Source: Tubiluchus corallicola (taxonomy: Eukaryota > Animalia > Priapulida). From it: a stretch of 64,000 nt of DNA. Location: the NCBI GenBank assembly GCA_030141605.1, contig JAQGDQ010000104.1, positions 62,001-126,000 of the forward strand, written 5' to 3'. Shown here piece by piece: positions 43,206 through 56,957 of the stretch. A program made the position numbers and the translations under genes. Position 1 is the stretch's first letter; each line of letters begins with the position of its first letter. A model generated the notes under the pieces. The model did no database searches and was not told the origin of the DNA. It saw nothing but the letters and a program-made list of their open reading frames with translations.

Positions 43206-45446
43206 TCGTGTCTAAGCCACAATATCGTGTAATTTCGAATCTTTTGGTCTAATATTTAAAATACACCTTAATTAAAATTTCATTGTAACTATTGCTAAGC
43301 TACAGAAGAATTTATGACACTCTAATTGCGATAAAAGACGAATTCGATGAAACTGGACCGGTTATAAAGTCCCATCTGTCCCATTTATTTGGCGCGCTTT
43401 GCGTTGCTCTGCGTGGACTGTAATTATGGGCAAATGAGCAACCCTGCCACGCCCCTAATCACTATGGAGCAAGGCAATAAATGCCAGTTACTGTAACAAA
43501 TAATTACCTTTCTACTTCTGGGGGCCATAATTGATTTAGTGTCTTCGGCAAACTGCCTGAGTGTCCATTATTATGGTGGTTTCTCAATAGAAAGTAAATA
43601 GGATACTAGATGGCGTTTATTAGATGAAAGGTTTAAAATATTCACTAAACAATAATGTAAATGATAATACTGTTGACGTTTCTTGATCGCCGCTCTTGTT
43701 GTTTGTGCCGAGATTTTTAGAATAAATATTATCATCGTCATCATCATCATGATCGTCGTCGTCGTCGTTATCATCATCATCATCTCATCATACGCAATAC
43801 ACGTACATGTACATCAAGTAAAAAATAAAATTGCACAACAAAGTTGCAATAAAAGTATGACTACTTGGTTTATTTCACTCGAAGAAAGGCTGGGGCGCAT
43901 GCTGGTTTTCGGATGGGTGATGCAGTGCCGTTTTGCCAAGTGGCACAAATGTTTTAAATTATATGTATTAAGAATTTTTTTCCAATTACAAAAATCGTTC
44001 ACACGGGGTAAGAGCGACGGTAACTAATACAGCTTTGCATGGAAAGTTATTTTGGATATAGTTTAAAATGGCCTAATCTTCCCCTTTAAATAATGGTCAT
44101 ACTGAACCTGAAAAGAAAGACAGGCATAAGTCAAATATAGGCAAATAAATACAGTATAAAGACATTGTGGAAAAATAATGCTAGACGTGCAATACGCCAT
44201 CGAAATTAACTGCTACTACTAATGTAAAACATGAGCGGCCATGTTTCTTGCAAATTACATCATCATCATCGTCATTATCATCATCGCCATCATCACCATC
44301 ATCGTCATTATCATCAGCAGCAATCATCATCATCATCATCGTCATCGTTGTCGTCGTTATCAGCATCATCATCATCTCATCATACGCAATATATGTACAC
44401 AAAATCAAGTAAAAAATAAAATTACACAACAAAGTTGCAAAAAAAGTATGACCAATTGGTCTATTTCATATGAAGAAACTCTAAAATGTATCTACAAAAC
44501 CGTTAACGGTAATTTAAAATTTATGCGTACGCCTGCGTTAATGTAATAAAATTAATCACAAATGAAAACTTTAAGTTAGAATCACTAAAATTGAAATGTC
44601 TGAATTCACGAAAATGCTTTTTTAGACAAAAAGTTTTCTAAATGTGTCAAGATTATTTATACATATGTCTAATACAATGTGGAAAAGAATGGCGCAACCT
44701 TGTACAGTTGCAATTTTAAAATTTATGGAAGTTTTACATATGGAAGTTATAATGGAAAGATGACTGCTACACTTTTCAACAAGGAAGCTTTCGCTTTTAA
44801 ATTTGCTCATAATTTACATTGAAAGAACAGTTTTGAACAGAAAGTTCTCATCCAAAAAGTGAAGCATTACAGATGGAGACAGAAACAAAAGTGCTTTTGA
44901 ATGATATTTTCTTTGCCTGGTGAGCAACGTAAATAGAAAAAATACAAGTTGAAGGTTTCGCCCTTCGTGCACAGGATGAAAGGCCTAATATAAAAGAATT
45001 TTTAAGTAATATAGTCCATTGTTTTTAGAAAACTTCTTTAAAAAAGCTTTTAGAAAGATTCTGTCTGTTTCGATTATCTTTAAAGTCGAATTTTGGGTAC
45101 AAAAGTATGAAGTTCGCTGACCTGCAACATTCAAATTAGTGCTACTGAGAAAATGGACGCGTGGTGGCTGCAGTTAGAAGCTAGCGCCATCTTTTGGAAA
45201 TTTATTGAACATATACTTTATCGCTGATAGGCCTAAGCATCATGAACGTTATAAAGATAAATAAACGTTATTTATCACGCCCCTGAACGTCTGCCAGAAC
45301 TGTCCATAATGTAGCCCTGGCGCGTACTTAAACGATTCGTAAATAATTATGATTATAATACAGCGTACTTACTGTTCAAAGTTTGACTTGCAAAAGATCG
45401 TGAAGTAGTACAGTTCCTGTATGTACAACGTTAAGCATCGGCAATT

Positions 45447-45611
45447 ATGGATACTAGTCAACATCATTTACTGAATAAGGTCCCAATTGTAGATTTGAGG
45501 ATTAGTGATTCGTCGGATGAAACTGAAGCAACTGTTGCGAATGAGCTCATGCAAGCCTTCACAAACATAGGTTTCGTTTACCTAACTAACTTTGGAATAA
45601 CACAGGAAGAG
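45447..45611 (+). CDS. 2-oxoglutarate/Fe(II)-dependent dioxygenase (IPNS-like, DIOX_N domain), exon 1
   Basis: MDTSQHHLLNKVPIVDL...VANELMQAFTNIGFVYLTNFGITQEE matches the DIOX_N pattern (iPviDl...A...GFfyl.nhGi). Phase-0 donor GAG|GTATTC. Confidence 0.85.
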
Positions 45612-47731
45612 GTATTCGTATTATTGTTATCTGGTGTTACCGTTTGGCGTTCAGACGCCATTCTCCAAGAACTTTGATTATTTATTATAATTTTGCTATA
45701 AGTGATGTAGATTATCGTTATGGTCTTTGAATAAACGTTTTACGGAAACGGTGATATAAAAACCTTAGACGCGTTGTCAACAATGGTATTGTCAACAAGA
45801 AGAGACCATGTTCCTGCTAGTTACCTGCACACTATCGAGGTTCTCAAAATATAAACTTACGCAATTATGTATTGGGAATACGTATTTGCAAACTCACTAT
45901 AGATTTCCTCATATATGAAAAAATTCGACAAAACGAAACGCTCGCGTTCAAAAACTGTTTGCTGTCACAAAGGCATTTGCTGAAAGGCCACGTCTCAGAG
46001 AAGCTATTACTTTGGCATTTATGCCCACCAGTTGTGTCATTTTCAGTAGTTCTGTGACCGTGAAGAAAAAAGGTCCGCTTCCCATTTCTTCATGAAGGTT
46101 AAATTAAAAATTTAGTTGTCTCATTTCTCATTACACAAAGTACAATTAATAATGTTAGTCAATGTAATGTCAGACTTCTTTTCTTCTTTTTTGTGTAAGT
46201 TTTGCTAATCACTTAAAAATCTAAAAATAAACGCAAATAAAATAAATATATGCGTGCGTTACTTTTTGTCTTTCAGGAGCTTAACGATCGATGTTGCTTT
46301 GATAAAACAAAAAATCGTCATTGTGTTAAAATAGAATTTAAGATCTTATAATATTGTGCTGAATTATGTTCTTTGTTGTTCGTTAAACAAGAAAAAAGTA
46401 ATGGCGCAGTTAAATTTGAATACAGTATTTCTACTAAATTTCCTCGTGAGGAGGACGCATAACTTCTTCTAGATGGTGGCAGAATTTCTCACTAGGAATT
46501 ACACGAAGAACATTCCCCGCGAGGTGTCTGCGTGAAATGCGCCATTGAAAACAATGTGTTCCATTTTCGCGAGGAGTGCCGCAAGGGCCATGGTGAAATG
46601 GACCTTAAAATCTCAGTACCGCGTCAGGTTGATTGATTAATGATTGATTGATCAACATACATCAATGATTGTGTTTTGGGTGTCTGTGCACAAGCTTACG
46701 TGTCTGTGTGTCTGTGCGTCTATGTTATAAATAAGGAAAGGTATTCGCAAGTACTTAGAAGTTCGACCAGACACAATCAGCCATCCTATATTGACTTGTT
46801 GCAAGAGATGCACTAGATTTACATCAGATCTAAATTCAGTAAGATATAAATTGTTTGCAAAAAAGATTTTAATTTTGTAGAGCAAAAACACGTTTGAAGA
46901 GCAAACTTTTATTACTTAGTTCCATTTGCAAATCTGCTCAAGAATCAACACTTTTTTGCCACTTTGCCAGTAGGGTATGGTTAGGTTACAAATTAGTTGG
47001 GGTTGTGTCACTTCGCTTGACGAAAATGCAGAACTACTGGCATTATCCCAAAACTAGTTATTTGCATCTCAGGCTGCAATGGTAAATGCAATTGGAAATG
47101 AGCAGGTTTTTGCCATACACCACTTGCTCAAAATATTTGAAATGAAGAAAGTGAAGAGTTTTATAGTCTCTTAGTTTATGACAGCCAGCCTTATAATAAG
47201 TTGAGATGGCAGTGTGTAGATGCAGGCTTATAATAATCGTAATGTTTTTTGCAAATTTACGGACGGTTCTAAGTGGGCTTTCTGCAAAAAAACTATCAAT
47301 ATTTTGGTAGTTAGAGCGTGCAAAATGAGTTTAGTGCTTTCTACAACAGTTGCTATTACAAAGTTGCAAAGGTAAACAATTTTTGCGTCGTTACTATAGC
47401 AACTGCTCTGCTACCTTTGTGTAAGATTTGTTGTCAATTCGTATAAATGTGAAAATTGAAATTTCCCCAACTATTTTTCAACCTAACCGTGTTATCGATG
47501 CTGTTGCTAAGATAAACAGTAACCATGGCAAAACAGTAAGGACGTGGTTGCTAAGGCTTATGCTGTGTTGGACGGCCGTAAAATTCGATCCCCTCTAAAA
47601 AATTTCCCCCAGACCAATTGATGGGGTTGGGGGAATTTTTCTGTAATACTAAATCTGATCCTGATTCAGGAAACCAAAAAGGTTTTGAACTGCACTTAAT
47701 TCCCAAAAAATCTGTTCTCATATCCATCTAG

Positions 47732-48391
<660 letters not shown>

Positions 48392-48541
48392 GAAAAAATG
48401 TTTAAGAACATCTAATTCGCATGTTCCGAGATTGTATATTCAAATTACTACGGCAAACTTAATTTCTCACACTGACATGTACTTGACCCGTGTGTTTTAT
48501 GCAAATGCGTTTGTTGATTTAAGTGTGTTTTTACTATCAAG

Positions 48542-48657
48542 GCTGACGAGATGATGCTAACGTCAAAGCAGTTTTTTGACTTACCGATCGAAAAGAAACT
48601 GAAATTCACCTTTACAGAAGAGGCTGGTATTGGATATGTACCTGAGGGCACACAAAC
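48542..48657 (+). CDS. 2OG-Fe(II) dioxygenase, exon 2
   Basis: Acceptor TCAAG|GCT; ADEMMLTSKQFFDLPIEKKLKFTFTEEAGIGYVPEGTQ carries the FF.LP.E.K and GY motifs; phase-2 donor AC|GTAAGT. Confidence 0.88.
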
Positions 48658-48818
48658 GTAAGTCTCTAACATTTGCCATTAATTATTAAAAGATGCGGCA
48701 AGAAGATTGTTGACATTCCGATGAAGAAAAAGAAGAAATGTGGTTCGATGTTTGGTATTTCCGCTTTTAGTAAATTAAGAATAGTGAGCGGTAAACAATG
48801 AGGTACGTGGTGTTAATG

Positions 48819-49071
48819 TTGTTGCGCAACTTCTCTTTGAGAGTAAAGTTGCATGTGTGAATGGCTTGGCAACTTCTTTCGCAACTTCTTGCAGATGACA
48901 ACGGCTTGGCAACTTCTGTCACAACTTGTCGCGCATCTCAACAGCTTGGTAACTTCCCTCGCAAGTTGTTGCACGTTTGAGAAGTTGCCAAGCTGTTCAT
49001 GCTTGCAACTTTACTCTCAGTGAGAAGTTGCGCAACAAGTTGCGAGAGAAGTCTATACGTCTGAACGCACC
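48819..49071. mobile_element. Palindromic MITE remnant (PIF/Harbinger-like terminus)
   Basis: Arms TTGTTGCGCAACTTCTC..TGAGAGTAAAGTTGCA...GCTTGGCAACTTCT and AGAAGTTGCCAAGC...TGCAACTTTACTCTCA..GAGAAGTTGCGCAACAA. The right end is GTCTGAACGCACC; the left terminus is missing. Confidence 0.6.
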
Positions 49072-49187
49072 AACTACCACTGCTGAGTACATTCTAATGT
49101 GGTGATATAATTATCCTAGTAGAAAATATTTGGCCCTGACTGATTGTGTACAGCTATAGCGAGATTCAGGTGACTCACAACATTTTT

Positions 49188-49252
<65 letters not shown>

Positions 49253-50784
49253 ATGAGGGAGGGACAGAGAGAAAGGAGGCACAAGTATAGTGTTGAAAAA
49301 ACTGGACCTGCAAAATCACTGGAGCTTTTCCCGTTTTTTCCATTTTATGTGATAATAATAATGATGATGATATTTTATTTATAGGGCGCAGAATAGGACA
49401 ATTAGTGTCGTCATTTGCGCTATAATACACATTTATCCTAAAAGTTCAGATTTACAATTGAAAATGACTAATAAAATAATAAGCACACAATAATACAAGC
49501 ATTCAAGCACACAGTTTAATCACAAAATTACTCAAAATTTACCAGGCACATTAATTAAAAGTTGTTGTCGGGAAGGGGGATTAGGATTTGTTTTTTTTGG
49601 TGAAAATTTTTGAACTTTTAATCTTCTAACTCTTTACAAAGGGAGGGGCGCAATTATTGGGTGACTGAAACCTTGGTGTTTTAAATGTCAAGTTCGTTTT
49701 TCGCCAGGTGCCAATATATGATTAGAATAAAGTTTGTTAATATCGAAATTCTGAGTAGTAATGCCGTTTATAGGAAACAAAAATCATAAATTTAAAATAT
49801 GCGCACAGTTATTTCAACATCACACGAACATTTAACAAGTGATATTTACAATATGGAAAAGACATGATAATGGCGATGCGAATAAATACAGCTAAATGCT
49901 ACATTTTAAGCAGAGAAAAAATAGAGCTAAAGGCTACGTTTAGGCAGGGAAAAATAAAGCTAAATGCTATGTATGAGCCATTGGCTATATTAAGTTAAGG
50001 ACATCAACATGAGCGTGAGTGAAACAATTTACATAAACACTACAAAATACAAATATAATGACTACATACCGATAAGGATTCGGCGGAGTGCAATAACGCA
50101 ATGTTATGTCACTCCAAGCTAGCTAGGAAAATTTTGGTAAGATTACAACTAAATATACCTTCTGAGAAGGAAGCTATATGTAAGTGATTATACGGCTATT
50201 TGGGAATGAATCCAAATCTAGTTTACATAGACTTAAATTTTTACTACTGTATGAAAACAGGTTTGCAAGGGCAGATCCATGCAACCATTTCGAGAACCGC
50301 CATACTGGCGTTGTTCTCGACAGTTTTGGTAAAAAGATGAAGTTTTTTTATTCATCTGTTATTTATTTACACTTTAATGAGTAGTTTTATAACGATTAAA
50401 ATCGGTAATTTATCGCAAGATGAAAGGAAGTTTATTCCATTCTTGTGAAGTTGCACTGGCAAAAGCACGCTCATGCCGAACGTTGATTCTTTGAAGATCG
50501 GTGACCGCTAGTAAACATTGACCTAAAACCTCAAGGAACGTGTAGGAGCATAAAATTGACTAGATCAACAAGATTATAGTGAGACTTGCGTAACTATGGC
50601 AACAATATTACAATAGATGTAAGCAATGAAAGTAAAATACGCTAAAACATGCATTTCGCATGAAATAAACATTACATTAGCATTATATGAACTAAGCTTA
50701 TGAGCTGGCACTTGACTTCATGACGTTTCATTTAACCGAGCATGTACGCGAGGACACGTTAAAGCCAATAAGCAATATCAGTTC

Positions 50785-51774
50785 TTAAACTGTGCTTACA
50801 GTAGGCCTATTTCTACCATTCACAGTAATTCTGCTCTCACATTGACAAGAGTAGCAAAGCAATATACGTTTACAGGTTGATCTAAACTCTTTGTACCGAA
50901 GAGTATAAATAAGAGGATTAACCAGTGAGTTGGATACCATTATAGGTCCAACAACATTCAATTGCCATTTCTCACTCCCACAATACGCATTGATTAGTAA
51001 CGCAAGATTAACAGGTAAGCAGAATATAATTAGAGCTATAATGAGTAATGAAATTGTTGTTGCAACTTTCAATTCATTTTTGAAAACAACATTTGGAATC
51101 GTTGGTACCTGATTTGTCTGAGCAGCGATTGCCCGAATTTGATGGTGTGCAACAGTAAATATTTTGAAGTACAGACATACTATAATAGATAGAGGAATAA
51201 AAAACATTGTTGCTACCAGTGTAAGAGTATATCCAAATGTGTACATTTCGTAAACATCGCAAGTGATAAATTCCTGATCTTCTGCTCCAATCCCTGCAAG
51301 TGGCATTAAGGTAAATCCAGCAGCGTACACGACGATTCCACCCATTACAACCAGGGCCTTTGTTTTAGACATGTATCGATAAGAGAATGAATGAACTAAA
51401 GCTATGTACTGATCAACTGCCACTGCTAACAAAGAAAAGGCGGACACGATGGCGGAAAATGGCATAATTGATAATGACCACAAGCAGAAGTATTTGCTGG
51501 AATTAATCCTTAGATGTGTGATCGTGAAAATGTATATCATAAAGAGAACTGAAGTGATGACGTCTGATGCTGCCAACAGCGACAAGAAGAAGTATTTGAT
51601 GTCACTGAAACTGGTGTGTCTACCAGCGAAGAATACTGCAAGAACTAAGCTGTTGAGGAGTACCACCATTCCGGGAAGAACGTATGTTGGTGCAAGGCTC
51701 CTCATATTCCAAGTAAATGAAAAAGATGTGTTTTTATCGTTGCATTCTGGTGCATGAAATTCAGTGCAGTTCAT
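50785..51774 (-). CDS. Rhodopsin-class (class A) GPCR with single coding exon, nested in dioxygenase intron 2
   Basis: 329-aa ORF with seven hydrophobic segments; LAASD (TM2), TM3 Cys, AVDQY (DRY position), FFIP..Y (TM5), FCLP (TM6), NSLVNPLIY (NPxxY); N-terminal glycosylation sequons NCT and NTS. Confidence 0.93.
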   Translation of the reverse strand: MNCTEFHAPECNDKNTSFSFTWNMRSLAPTYVLPGMVVLLNSLVLAVFFAGRHTSFSDIKYFFLSLLAASDVITSVLFMIYIFTITHLRINSSKYFCLWSLSIMPFSAIVSAFSLLAVAVDQYIALVHSFSYRYMSKTKALVVMGGIVVYAAGFTLMPLAGIGAEDQEFITCDVYEMYTFGYTLTLVATMFFIPLSIIVCLYFKIFTVAHHQIRAIAAQTNQVPTIPNVVFKNELKVATTISLLIIALIIFCLPVNLALLINAYCGSEKWQLNVVGPIMVSNSLVNPLIYTLRYKEFRSTCKRILLCYSCQCESRITVNGRNRPTVSTV

Positions 51775-53105
51775 CTTTCTAGTGTATTCTGTAACATAAT
51801 TATTACAAATGTAGTTTTAACTGTGTCATTTATTAATAATTACAACAAGTCGCAAATAAGGATGACAAAGACAAAACAATTTTTCCTTATCTGACAAAAT
51901 AGCCTTAAAAAGCATGAAGAAGTGATATTAACAACAGCGGCGGCAGCAGTGGCAGCGGCGACAGCAGCAGTAACAACAACAATAGCAGCAACAACAACAA
52001 CAACATGAAACGTGTAAAAATAATAACATCGGTAGAACTTGCGTTAAGTACAAAAAAAACGAAAAAATGTTATTGCTGGTTTAAGTTAACACTAGCATAG
52101 AGGCAACAAACTGCTTACACGCTGCTGTTGTGTTGTTAGGACTTGATGTAACATCCAATGAAATTAGTAACAACGTTAATACGAAACTGTCTATTGTAAG
52201 AATTTTGGGAAGTTTTTTGCAGCTCAGTTTTACAGGAAAAGACAACCGCTAGTTGTGGAATTGTAAATATGCGTGGGTCTGAAAACTTACACCTAAAGCA
52301 GCAGCCATGTTCTGGCATTGGACTGTTTTAAAAATTACGCCTTTGGGAGTGACACTGATGATGTGCATTGCAGCAAACATACTTTGAAAGGCGCTTTAAG
52401 TGATTTATAAAAACGTCAGATATCACGAGTGATTCAGCATGAAATTAAAGAGAGATTGTTCGGCGACCAACGCACATAAGTAAATTCTCCATCTGATATC
52501 GATACCGATATGGATCACCTCAAACAAGGTCAGTGCGGTAGTGCCCACTCAAGGGCTACAGTTAGAAAGTAAGAATATTAGTACAGGTTCTGAAATCTAA
52601 TGTTCTTGTGGTTAATTGACTCATTTGCCTGTGATAAGAAGTACATGTTGGTGTACTTTTGGAAACGTGTACGGATTCCACAGGCAACTGACGTAAGAAA
52701 AAACTAGATCTAAGGGCAACCGGCAGCTACCCTACATGTAGGAATGTCTAGAGTAAAACACGAGCGTCAGCTGGAAAATTGGCGAACAGATTTTCGGTAT
52801 TTTAGAATTTAAAATTGTATTTTTACTTCAGTACATGAGCACCCTAAAATTATAGTGAAATTATATAGTAAAATACAACTAAATATGCAAGTGCTAAAAT
52901 ATATATGGATGCAAATGAGTAAAATAAGTAATATATGAAGTAAAAAGAAAATTATAAAATGTTAATAGCAAATATTCTATGTTAAGCAGAGCCGGCTCTA
53001 GGTAGTATGACGCCCTAAGCAAAAGTATTTTTAGCGCCCTCTCCTCAACGGTCACCCCATTCCTCCCCACCAATAAAATGAATTTTTGATGTACGTAATA
53101 ATGAT

Positions 53106-53106
<1 letters not shown>

Positions 53107-53157
<51 letters not shown>

Positions 53158-53339
53158 GCGTGTGCGTGTGCGTGTGCGTGTGCGTGTGTGTGCGTGTGCG
53201 TGTGCGCGTGCGTATGTGTGCGTGTGCGTGTGTGTGCGCGTGCGTGTGCGTGTGTGTGCGCGCGCGTGTGCGTGTGTGTGCGCGCGTGTGCGTATGTGTG
53301 CGTGTGTGTGCGCGCGTGTATGCGTGCGTGCGTGCGTGT
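53107..53339. repeat. (TG)n/(TGCG)n microsatellite
   Basis: Directly visible; lies inside a degenerate hAT-like MITE starting CAGAGCCGGCTCTAGG at ~52987. Confidence 0.9.
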
Positions 53340-54660
53340 CAAGCTTATACTTGAAAATGTACTAGTTAAGTTTTTAATGTGTTTATTTCATTTGAGACTG
53401 AATTTACGGTGGGCCATAGGATCACGACCCGAAATTATAAGGTCAGGTGGCACTCTGCGCTACCTACAAGCACACCAAATTTTGTCAAGTGCCACTGTCT
53501 AGTTTTTGAGTTATTTTGAGTTTTTGAGCGCATCAGATTCTAGGTTTCATTGCGAATCCAATGATATACATCACGTCCCTATAGGACTTCCGTTGATAAA
53601 GCATTTGAATGAAACAATGTCGAGTTTGGACATTTATGGACAATGGTGACTTCTATGTCAGTTAAGTCTTCCGTGTTAATCACGATACACTGGCGAAAAG
53701 GTACACTGAGGAAAAGATGCACTGGCGAAAAGGTACACTGAGGAAAAGATGCACTGGCGAAAAGATAATTGGCGGAGTGGGTGATTACCTTACTATCTTT
53801 GCTGCTCTATGCAAGCGATAAAAACAGTAGACAAAATGCCTTAGTAATGTCTGTAATCGTAGGAAGTCAGGTAAAGTATGGTAGAAAGTGTTTGCTGATG
53901 GAAGAGAGAAGATTAGTGTCGATGAACCTCATTTTGACACGAAAATAACGCACGTAGGAGTTCGCTTCATTTAATTAAAGTGTTGTACGCTTAATTAAAA
54001 GCAATTACACTTAAATTTTGTTCTTACTTATGCTGTATTAACAATTACAGAATTGTTTGCAGAATTTGGCAATCCCCTAAAAAATTGGCGCCCTGTGCTA
54101 ATGCCTATTTGCTTAGTGGTACAGAAGGCCCGGATTCTACGCTCACAATAATTTCACGCGTTTTTAATTTGCAATAAGAACTATGTATTACAATAAGAAG
54201 GCAAAAATAAATGTTCACGAGAATATCCCAAACATTGGATCACAACTGTAGAAATTGATAAATTTTACGTTTTACGGACGTCGGCCAGTAATCTACATGT
54301 TATTCTGTGTCAATCATAATTTTATACTTTTGTTAGGTTTGCAATAAAAGCCAAAAAATAAATATTCATAAGAGAATGCACTGCTTATTTTCTTAAATTA
54401 GTGTTTTCTTTATAATTTGTACGACATTTGACTTCAATTTGCTTTTGACTGCATTCGATTTTCGTTCGATAGACTTAGAAGTTTTTCTAAAACACAGAAT
54501 AGATAATGTGCAATTTGAGTCAATTCTATTAAACGTAACAAGTTCCCATTAACAGTAACTGTAAGTTCTACTATATTCGAAGTCAAAGCTGCTTATAATA
54601 CTTTATTCGAATTTTTTTCTGTTATGTTTCGACATCCAGGCTTCATTAATTTGAGTTAGT

Positions 54661-54844
54661 TATAATTTATTTATAATTTTATTGTACTGGTCCTAATTCA
54701 ATTTAAACAAATATATAAAACTATATATATTTAGTTATTATATATATTTAATTATATATATATATAATAACTAAATATATATAGTTTTATATATTTGTTT
54801 AAATTGAATTAGGACCAGTAACATAAAATTATAAATAAATTATA
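54661..54844. repeat. Near-perfect AT-rich palindrome (~87-bp arms)
   Basis: The left arm TATAATTTATTTATAATTTTATTGTACTGGTCCTAATTCAATTTAAAC... is the reverse complement of the right arm apart from 2 mismatches; short TA-rich centre. Confidence 0.9.
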
Positions 54845-55317
54845 TAATAAAATACAAACATAAACATAAAAGTGTTAAAAATATAATTATACAAGGTGCA
54901 GGTGAGTATCGTATGTAATAAGTGATGTAAAAAAGAAAATGATAAAAGTAAAATTACAGTGCAAAGTGTTTAAAATCACAGAAGTGCATCTAACATTGGA
55001 TAAATCAAAATGTTACTTATAATACAATTCATTCTGCATTCTAAATGCATTCATACTGCATATATATAAAACAAAAATTATTAGTATTAGCACTTTGCTC
55101 TGTTCCTTGCAGCTGTTATTGATTACTTATAGTGCAATGTGATGAAAATTTACTCGAACAATAAATTTTAAACAAACAGGCAAAATTGTAACTTTTTTTC
55201 AGAGCAATAAACAAAAGTGCATTGTTAACACTGTATGTTCTATGTGCACATGTTCTATGCACAAGCTAAATGTTTTGTTAATGTACAACGTAAGCACAAT
55301 GTGTTTAGTTTACTCAC

Positions 55318-55379
55318 CTGTATAAGATCCACGATTCTGTTGCAGAGATGGTAAAATACATACTGACGGCTTATTTATA
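55318..55379 (-). promoter_or_regulatory. Candidate TATA box and short non-coding first exon of the nested GPCR
   Basis: Minus-strand TATAAATA at 55379-55372; consensus donor CAG|GTGAGT at 55318/55317; acceptor TTACAG| at 51789, 14 nt before the GPCR ATG. Confidence 0.45.
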
Positions 55380-56359
55380 CAACCACTAACAAGCTACGAC
55401 TTAGTCAATTTCTCACATCACGTTGTCTTATGTTTCCGTTATTCGTAACTGAATTGTCGTGTCTTAATACTGGAACCATTAGTATCCGAGCAGTAAGTAT
55501 TGCCTAAGGTTTACAGAACTCTTACAAAAATCGTACGTTTCATTTTGCAGGTTTTAATGTACGCCTGCAGATTTTTCGCTAATGGAGCATAACATGTTTA
55601 GATATGAGCTATAAAACAACCGTCTACGTAAAAATAAGAATCTGGCAGGAAGAAATAAAGTGAATAACAATCTCTTATAAGTTTTAATCTCAGAATAAAG
55701 TTTCAGTTGCTTACTGAAATCAAAAAATAAGAATTTGGCTGGAAGAATTAAAGTGAATTAACATTATCTTATAAATTTGTATTTGAGGGTAAAGTTTCAC
55801 ATGTCCCACAGAAATCATGACATCCATACCGAAACATTATAAAGCTTGCTTATAGTCAGTGTAAAATAATTGTTGATGATGATGAGGCAAATCAGTGTTG
55901 TAAATTAGCATTCACTTTGATAAACGTAAAACTTCGAGTACCAGATGTTGTAATAAAGTACTATAATTGTATTAATTTAATGGTAGAAGTTATGTTGGAT
56001 TTTATAGTGTCCAAATCGCCAGCAACTATTATAGATAGCATTTTGTAATAACAATTTTTTTTATTTAAAACGTACTATCTTTATACTCTAGATGTAACAA
56101 GTCTCAAAACAATTTCACACCAAAGTACGTCATATTTTTTTTAATTTTGCGGGATAAACAACTTTCAAAGATTTATTATAAGATTCATCAATTGCAACGT
56201 ATTTAAATTACCTATCACAGTGCATTCTTTGCGAGAGTATACCAGTATTTCAATCACTGTGAACTGTTTCACCTCTAAACTGTTTTTACTGTTTCAAAGT
56301 GACGATTATACCAAAGTGTTGGGATGCTTTTGTCTGATGTGTGATTCTTTACGTACATT

Positions 56360-56957
56360 GCGTTTAGGGGTGGTGCACCAAAGAAGTAGCCGCAAAGGAG
56401 CCGAAAAGTGCATCATAAAGTTCTTGGTCAATTTTAGTCAACAGTTGTAGAGGATACTGTCATCAATTATAAAATACCAAACCTGGGGCAAAGTGAAATC
56501 TGACCACTCTGGACAGTGGTCAGACAGGCTGAAAATTCCATCGTAAAATACATGGTTAATTTTCCTGCCAAAGTGTGTGGGACATTGTACTCACATACAA
56601 TTGTTGACCAAATCTGGCCATGTACCTTATGAAGCAATTTTTGACCCCTTATGACCATTGTCCAGTACAGGTCATCTGATTTTTACTTTGCCCAATCCAA
56701 CCTCGTCAGACTGGACATTTTTTGAAGAAGTACAATGTCTCCTACACTTTGATAGAAAAATTAACCATGTACTTTATGATGCAATTTTCGGCCTCACTGA
56801 CCACTGTCCAGAGTGGTCAGATTTCGCTTTACCCCAAGTTTGGTATTTTATAATTGAGGGGAGTATTCTCTACAATTATAGACTAAAATTGACCATGTAC
56901 TTCATGATGCACTTTTCGGCCCTTTGGGGTCACTTCTTGGTCCAACAGCCCAAACGC
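56360..56957. mobile_element. Foldback/MITE element with ~230-bp imperfect inverted arms
   Basis: 56360-56590 is the reverse complement of ~56729-56957, e.g. TCAATTATAAAATACCAAAC / GTTTGGTATTTTATAATTGA and GAAATCTGACCACTCTGGACAGTGGTCAG / CTGACCACTGTCCAGAGTGGTCAGATTTC. Confidence 0.8.

Noticed and set aside
53700-53765. CTGAGGA...GAAA as a hammerhead ribozyme core (also CTGATGA at ~19047 minus, ~26102 minus and ~52355)
   Set aside because: No stem II or closing helices could be formed; the 53.7-kb case is part of a tandem subrepeat.
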